Shown here: positions 58,416 to 64,000 of the stretch, piece after piece
Layout: each line of letters begins with the position of its first letter
How positions within the stretch are numbered: the first letter of the stretch is position 1
Source: Chthonomonas calidirosea
GTDB lineage: Bacteria; Armatimonadota; Fimbriimonadia; Fimbriimonadales; Fimbriimonadaceae
Length of the DNA stretch: 64,000 bases
Direction of reading: 5' to 3'
Assembly: GCA_945859975.1 (NCBI GenBank)
Contig: CAMAPH010000006.1
Span: 23,923-87,922 of the forward strand
Position numbers and translations under genes: made by a program
Notes under the pieces: generated by a model
What the model was told of the DNA's origin: nothing
Databases searched by the model: none
Seen by the model: the letters and a program-made list of their open reading frames with translations, nothing else

Positions 58416-58442
58416 CATGTCGCTTCATAATGAAGCGACATG
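58416..58442. promoter_or_regulatory. 27-bp palindrome overlapping a -10-like box and the start codon of the GH2 gene
   Basis: CATGTCGCTTCAT-A-ATGAAGCGACATG, with CATAAT inside it. Confidence 0.55.
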
Positions 58443-60887
58443 GAAAGGACCGTACTGCACGCTGGCTGGGAATTCATCCAATCATCCACGGAAGGAAAAG
58501 ACATCGGATACTCAAAGGCGGAATGGCTGCCCGCCGTGGTCCCCGGACACGTCCATCTCGACCTCATGTCGAACGGCATCATCCCCGATCCACATGAGAA
58601 AATGCACGAAATCGGCGTGCAATGGGTAGATCAGGAAGACTGGAGCTACCGCACCACCTTCAACTGGTCCCCGTCTGACTTCAAGCACCGCGTCCTGCGC
58701 TTCGAAGGCCTCGACACCATTGCCACCGTTTCCCTCAACGGCACCGAAATCGGCAAGAGCGAGAACATGTTCATCCCGCTCGAAATCGACGTCACCGAAC
58801 AACTCGTCGAAGGCGCAAACGAACTCCGCATCGACTTCAAATCGGCCATCAAAGTGGGCAACGAAATTCGAGATGCCTACTTCGACAAAGAAGGCCTGGC
58901 GGACCCGAAAGAGAGATTTGACGAACGCGCCTTCGTGCGAAAAGCCCAATGCATGTACGGCTGGGATTGGGGCCCGAGGCTCGTCTCCTGCGGAATCTGG
59001 AAGCCCGTCGTCCTCCTAGAGTTCAACGCCCGCATCACCGACGTCTGGTTCCGCTGGGAAGAAGACGGCGACACCATCAAGGTTTGGGCGGAAACCGAAC
59101 AAGATGGCACTGGTGATTTCGCCTTCACCCTTGAAGGTCCCGAGCACGAGATTGGCTGGAAAGGATCAGAAGTCGTTCGGATTCCGAAAGATTCGGTTTC
59201 CTACTGGCATCCTGATGAGCCGACCTGCTACGACCTGACCGCCGTCCTCAGCAACGGCACCACCGCCGAAGACATCCAGCTCCTGACCGTCGGCTTCAGC
59301 AGTCCAAAACTCCTAAGAGAGAAGGACCAGTGGGGCGAGTCGTTTGAATTCGAAATCAACGGCGAAAAGATCTGGGCTCGTGGTGCCAACTGGATCCCGG
59401 ACTACTCCTTCCCCAGCGCCATCAGCGTTCGGCAATACGAAAGTAAGGTCTGGGACGCCAAGGGCCTCAACTGCAACATGCTCCGAATCTGGGGTGGCGG
59501 ACTCTACGAAGCCGACGCCTTCTATGAAGCCTGCTCCGCCGCCGGAATCATGGTCTGGCAAGACTTCCCGTTCGCCTGCGGCTACTACCCAGACGACGAA
59601 GAATGGCAGGCCAAAATCGCCGAAGAAGCGAAGGCGAACATCAAGCGCCTCCGCAACTACCCCTGCCTCGCCCTCTGGTGCGGCAACAACGAAAACCACC
59701 AAATGTGGGAGCAAAAGTGGGGCCCGGCCGAAAACCACCCACCGCGCTACTACGGCGAGAACCTGTACTTCAAAACTCTGCCCGATGCCGTCAACCAGTT
59801 TGATCCCGCTCGCGGCTACATCTCCTCCAGCCCCATCGGCACCAGCCCCGAACCCCAAGCCCAGGGCGGATGGAGCGGAGACAACGCTGGCGGCTACGGC
59901 GACCAGCACAACTGGGACGTCTGGCACGGCAGAGGCGATTGGCGCTTCTATTCCGAATCCGACGGCCGCTTCAGCAGCGAATACGGCTTTGCCAGTTCCT
60001 GCTCCCTTGCAGTTTGGAACAACGTCATCGGAAAATCCGCCGAGAAGGAGAACTACCGCAACCCCGTTTATCGCTGGCACGACAAGACCGGCAAAGGCTA
60101 CGAAACCTACATCGGCTACGTCGAGCTTCACTATCCGGTGAGCAAGAACGTCGGCGACTGGGTCTATTACAGCCAGCTCAACCAGCGAGACGCCCTCCGA
60201 CACGGCGTCGAGCACTATCGACGTGCCGAATTCTGCCGCGGCTCCCTCATCTGGCAAATGAACGACATCTGGCCCGTCCAAAGCTGGGCCTACTTCGACA
60301 GCGCGGCTAATCCAAAGCCCCTCGCCTACGAGCTCGAACGGCTTTACGACGATGTCCTCATCTCCCTCGTCCGCAACAACGACCTCATTGAAGTCTATGT
60401 CTGCAACGACGGCCGTGATGAAATCGCCGATGAAGTCACCGTCTCCGCCCATAACCTGCAAACCGGTGAAGTCCTGGCCAGCACCAAGTTCGAATTCGAA
60501 CTCGGCATAAACCAGCGCATGAAGCTCGGCGAGCTCTCCGTCCACGGACTCAGCGTTCCCGACACCATCGTCTTCGCCGATTCCGGCACCGGCGCAAGCA
60601 CCTTCCGACTCCTTGCCGAGCCGAAGAATGCACAGTTCGCCGATCCAGCCCCGATCACCGTCTCAAGAGCGGATGACGCCGATGTCGTCACGATCCAAAC
60701 GACCCAACCGGTCGTAGACCTCGTGCTCACCATCGACGGAGCCACAAGGCCGTTCGATATGAACGCCCTCACCCTCCCCCACGCTGGCTTCCTTTACACC
60801 ATGTGCGAAGGCGATCTCACCAAGATCGAAGCCCGATCCCTTGCTGGCAATCACCCCGTGATCTTCACCCGATCACCGCTGGGCTAG
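58440..60887 (+). CDS. Beta-mannosidase (GH2)
   Basis: FEGLDT.A, RKAQ..YGWDWGP, GANWIP, NMLRIWGGG.YE, VWQDF, WCGNNE, SEYG and WQMND.WP. Confidence 0.92.
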   Translation: MERTVLHAGWEFIQSSTEGKDIGYSKAEWLPAVVPGHVHLDLMSNGIIPDPHEKMHEIGVQWVDQEDWSYRTTFNWSPSDFKHRVLRFEGLDTIATVSLNGTEIGKSENMFIPLEIDVTEQLVEGANELRIDFKSAIKVGNEIRDAYFDKEGLADPKERFDERAFVRKAQCMYGWDWGPRLVSCGIWKPVVLLEFNARITDVWFRWEEDGDTIKVWAETEQDGTGDFAFTLEGPEHEIGWKGSEVVRIPKDSVSYWHPDEPTCYDLTAVLSNGTTAEDIQLLTVGFSSPKLLREKDQWGESFEFEINGEKIWARGANWIPDYSFPSAISVRQYESKVWDAKGLNCNMLRIWGGGLYEADAFYEACSAAGIMVWQDFPFACGYYPDDEEWQAKIAEEAKANIKRLRNYPCLALWCGNNENHQMWEQKWGPAENHPPRYYGENLYFKTLPDAVNQFDPARGYISSSPIGTSPEPQAQGGWSGDNAGGYGDQHNWDVWHGRGDWRFYSESDGRFSSEYGFASSCSLAVWNNVIGKSAEKENYRNPVYRWHDKTGKGYETYIGYVELHYPVSKNVGDWVYYSQLNQRDALRHGVEHYRRAEFCRGSLIWQMNDIWPVQSWAYFDSAANPKPLAYELERLYDDVLISLVRNNDLIEVYVCNDGRDEIADEVTVSAHNLQTGEVLASTKFEFELGINQRMKLGELSVHGLSVPDTIVFADSGTGASTFRLLAEPKNAQFADPAPITVSRADDADVVTIQTTQPVVDLVLTIDGATRPFDMNALTLPHAGFLYTMCEGDLTKIEARSLAGNHPVIFTRSPLG

Positions 60888-61859
60888 CCACTCATTCCGC
60901 ACCCGGACGCTCAGTCCGGGTGCGTCAGAAAAGAACCCATCAATTCCCGCGTTCAAAAACGCTCGGTGCTCTTCCTCTGGCTTACCCACCAAACTCTTGG
61001 GCAAAAACAGATTCTCGGGACGAAGCGTCCAAATGTGCACCAGCAGCTGAGCGCCGTGAGCGCGCGCAACCAAATCAGTAGCTGAAGCTAATGCGCCATC
61101 CTTCACCGGAATCACCAGCGACTTCTCCACCCCAATCCCGGCCGCATAAGTCGAAATCGCGCTCAGCCCATCGTTGCTCAGCATCTGCGCGTAGCTCACG
61201 GAACCATCCTCTGGCTTACCGCCGTTCGTAACCAGCTGAATCAACCGAACCTTCGTTTTCTCCTTCAGCCATTTCAAATTCCCAACTTCAAACGACTGAA
61301 TAAATGCCGGCGACTTCTCGTCATAAGCAAACTCCGCCAGCAACTTCACCAGCGGCTCCTCCAGAGACAAATTGATCTTGCGGAAATACGATGGATGCTT
61401 CGTCTCGGGATAAATCCCGACTGGGCTGCGGCGCTTTTCGTTCTTCTGCCGAACCAGCTCCAACACTTCCTTCAGCGTCGGAATCTCAAACTTCCCGTCC
61501 GACTTCGCGCTCTCCGGCCGAACCTGCGGCAACCGCTCGCGGCTCTTCAAAGTCTTCAACTCCGCCAGCGTAAAGTCCTCGGTAAACCACCCGGTCACCT
61601 TCGCGCCGTCAATCTCTTTAGTCGCCTTTCGGTCGGCAAATTCCGGGTGCGCCGCAACATCGGTCGTGCCAGAAATCTCGTTCTCGTGCCGAGCAACCAA
61701 CACGCCGTCCTTCGTAATCACAACGTCCGGCTCAATGAAGTCCGCGCCAAGGTCAATCGCCCGCGTATAAGCCGCCAAAGTGTGCTCGGGCAGTTCGGAA
61801 GACGCGCCGCGGTGGGCAATCACGATCGGACCAGAAGCGAGTAGCGCCGCAAGAAACAT
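60873..61859 (-). CDS. glpQ: Glycerophosphodiester phosphodiesterase
   Basis: IAHRGAS..PEHT, IEPDV..TKDG..VARHE, YPETK, IQSFE and DGFFSD. Confidence 0.92.
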   Translation of the reverse strand: MFLAALLASGPIVIAHRGASSELPEHTLAAYTRAIDLGADFIEPDVVITKDGVLVARHENEISGTTDVAAHPEFADRKATKEIDGAKVTGWFTEDFTLAELKTLKSRERLPQVRPESAKSDGKFEIPTLKEVLELVRQKNEKRRSPVGIYPETKHPSYFRKINLSLEEPLVKLLAEFAYDEKSPAFIQSFEVGNLKWLKEKTKVRLIQLVTNGGKPEDGSVSYAQMLSNDGLSAISTYAAGIGVEKSLVIPVKDGALASATDLVARAHGAQLLVHIWTLRPENLFLPKSLVGKPEEEHRAFLNAGIDGFFSDAPGLSVRVRNEWLAQR

Positions 61860-61888
61860 CCTACAACGCTACCAGCGAAATCGCGGTC

Positions 61889-63967
61889 TTAACCTAACGC
61901 TAACGTGAATCCTTCGCCGTGCGCCGATTCTTCGGAAGCACCCGCAAAGGCCGGAATCTTGGTTCCGATCTCGTTCAAAATTTCGCCCGCGTTAAAGAAT
62001 GGCGTGCGCGCCTTCAGCCGCATCGAAACGTCGCTGAACGTTCGCCAAGCCGACTTCGCGTCCCCACGAAGCGGAATAACCGCCTTCATAAACTGAACGC
62101 GTCGCTCCAGGTTCGTGTAGCTTCCGTCCGCTTCCAAAGTCGCCGTCATCGGCAACACCACCGAAGCATAAGCCGTCGTCTCGCTCTCGATCCAATCCTG
62201 AACCACCAAGAACTCAACGTTCTCGAGCGCCGTCTGAACCACTTCCGAATCGAGCCCAACGCTGAACAAGTCAACCCCGGAAAGCCAAAGCGCGGAAATC
62301 TCTCCCGCCGCCGCTGCAGCCAAAATCTCGTGCGTGTTTTGTCCGTCCGGACCAGGCACCACGCCCGCCAGAGTCGCGCCCTCTTCGTTCGACTTTCGTG
62401 CATAGCAGTTGAAAGTGCCGCCCGTGGCCTGCGCAATCTTCGCCAGCGTCTCCACAATCTGCGAGCCTTCGGGCAAGTCATAAAGCCCTCGGGTCGTAAC
62501 AATCGCCGCGCCCGAAATCGCTTGAACCAGCCCGTCAAACTCCGCTTCCGAAAGTCCCGTCGCCGCAAACTCTCCACCACCGCCGCCGCTGACCGCGTTC
62601 AACAGCGCCGTCGCCAGAATCGCCTCGGACCCTGGATGATAAATCGCCGATGCAGTCGCAAGCTGCGTCACTTCGGTCAACTCCGAGTGCGCAACTCCAA
62701 CCTTCGTGCCGTTGTTCGTCGCGCCCTTTCGAACCCGCAGGTAAAGAATCGGCTCCTCATCCGCCAGCGACGTGCCAAAGACAAAAACCTTGCCGACCGT
62801 GGCGAAGTCCGCAATCCGGTTCTGCACCGCCGAAACGCCGAGCTTCGCCTCAATCGAGTTGCTCGCGACCGGCAGGTACTTTTCAAACCGGTGATCCACG
62901 TTCGGCGTCCCCAGCTGATCTTTGAACAGCCAAACCAGCGAAGCGTAATCCTCGTTGCTCAAGTCTGGCCCCGCAATCACGGCCGCCTTCGAACCCGCAT
63001 TTCGGAAGACTTCCAGAACCGCCGCCGTTGCCGAAGACCACTCCACCGGCGCCAACTGGTCACCGCGCCGAAGCAGCGGCCGCTCAATTCGCTTATCGGT
63101 GTTGAACGCGTAATGGCCAAACTTGCCCTTGTCGCAAGTCCATTCCTCGTTCACTTCCTCGTTCGTGCGACCGTTGATGCGCACAATCTCGGACTTTCGG
63201 TAGTCCACGTGGATGTTGCAACCGTTGCTGCAAAGCGTACAAATCCCCGGCTTCGTCTGCAAGTCCCAAGGCCGCGCGCGGAACCGGTACTTCGTGCTCG
63301 TGAGCGCGCCGACCGGACAAATTTCAATCACGTTCCCGGAGAACTTGCTCTCAAAGTCCGTCATCTGGAACGTCGAAGGCTGCATCGAAGCGCCTCGGAA
63401 CCGGAACCCAAGCTGCGCGTCGCCGCTAATCTCTTCCGTAAACCGAACGCAACGGCCGCACTGAATGCAGCGCTCCAGGTCCAGCGTCACGTACTTGCTC
63501 AGGGGAAAAGCCTTCGGCGCGTGCCGCTTCATCTCCACAAAGCGGCTGGTCGATGGGCCATAGAAAAGCGTGTTGTTCTGAAGCGGACACTCGCCACCCC
63601 GGTCACAGATCGGGCAATCCAGCGGGTGGTTGATCAGCAGAAACTCAAGCACGCCGCGTCGGTCGGTGTGCAGCCGCTCGGTATCGGTAAGAATCACGAG
63701 CCCCTCGCTGGCCGGCAAAGAACAAGCCGCCTGCGGCTTCGGCATCATGCGCACGCTGCCATCTGGCCCCTTCGTGCCAATCTCCACCAAGCACATCCGG
63801 CACATCCCCACCGGCTTCATTCGGGGGTGATAGCAAAAGATCGGGATTTCCAAACCCAAGCGTTTCACCGCTTCAACGATCAGCTCCCCTTTCGGAACCT
63901 GAATCGCCACGTCATTGACGGTGATGTTGACCATTGGAATCTCGGAGATCGCAGCCATAAGAGACAT
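61889..63967 (-). CDS. nuoG: NADH-quinone oxidoreductase subunit G
   Basis: IP.FCYHP, CRMCLVE, INHPLDCPICD.GGECPLQ, CIQC.RCVRF, CPVGAL and CxxCxxGC...C.KG. Confidence 0.95.
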   Translation of the reverse strand: MSLMAAISEIPMVNITVNDVAIQVPKGELIVEAVKRLGLEIPIFCYHPRMKPVGMCRMCLVEIGTKGPDGSVRMMPKPQAACSLPASEGLVILTDTERLHTDRRGVLEFLLINHPLDCPICDRGGECPLQNNTLFYGPSTSRFVEMKRHAPKAFPLSKYVTLDLERCIQCGRCVRFTEEISGDAQLGFRFRGASMQPSTFQMTDFESKFSGNVIEICPVGALTSTKYRFRARPWDLQTKPGICTLCSNGCNIHVDYRKSEIVRINGRTNEEVNEEWTCDKGKFGHYAFNTDKRIERPLLRRGDQLAPVEWSSATAAVLEVFRNAGSKAAVIAGPDLSNEDYASLVWLFKDQLGTPNVDHRFEKYLPVASNSIEAKLGVSAVQNRIADFATVGKVFVFGTSLADEEPILYLRVRKGATNNGTKVGVAHSELTEVTQLATASAIYHPGSEAILATALLNAVSGGGGGEFAATGLSEAEFDGLVQAISGAAIVTTRGLYDLPEGSQIVETLAKIAQATGGTFNCYARKSNEEGATLAGVVPGPDGQNTHEILAAAAAGEISALWLSGVDLFSVGLDSEVVQTALENVEFLVVQDWIESETTAYASVVLPMTATLEADGSYTNLERRVQFMKAVIPLRGDAKSAWRTFSDVSMRLKARTPFFNAGEILNEIGTKIPAFAGASEESAHGEGFTLALG

Positions 63968-64000
63968 TCCTATTCTAGCTTCTATCGCCTCCCGCCGACG

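Overview
A 64-kb bacterial chromosomal segment of moderately high GC. The DUF1559-type prepilin, the type IV pilus gene set and the general gene content suggest Armatimonadota (Fimbriimonadia-like), but this assignment is inference only. Most of the window is housekeeping or metabolic: nrnA-truB, fused 2-oxoacid dehydrogenase E1, sdhC, eno, Fe/Mn SOD, ybeY, rpsU, tRNA-Leu(CAA), serA-like, manC, msrA, yajQ, dxs, hmgA, atpDC, two GH2 enzymes and nuoG. The most striking structure is a minus-strand type IV pilus locus (23940-36417: pilB, pilC, eight tandem pilins, a pilM-pilN fusion, pilO, a secretin and a pilP-like gene). Six of the pilins are near-identical 130-aa genes, each with its own promoter-like element and intrinsic terminator. 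The first five repeat at 588-591 bp, their coding sequences are mosaic, and they share a sigma28-like upstream motif. An isolated FlgM-like gene lies at 52 kb. Other notable items are an AT-richer island with three divergent unknown paralogues and an IS3 remnant (5.0-7.1 kb), a kexin-like S8 protease with three Ig-like repeats, a HEPN gene with a degenerate-MNT/BolA-like partner, an SdpAB-like membrane pair, a CADD-like oxidase, and many genes that look leaderless. No CRISPR array, rRNA, integrase or reverse transcriptase was seen.
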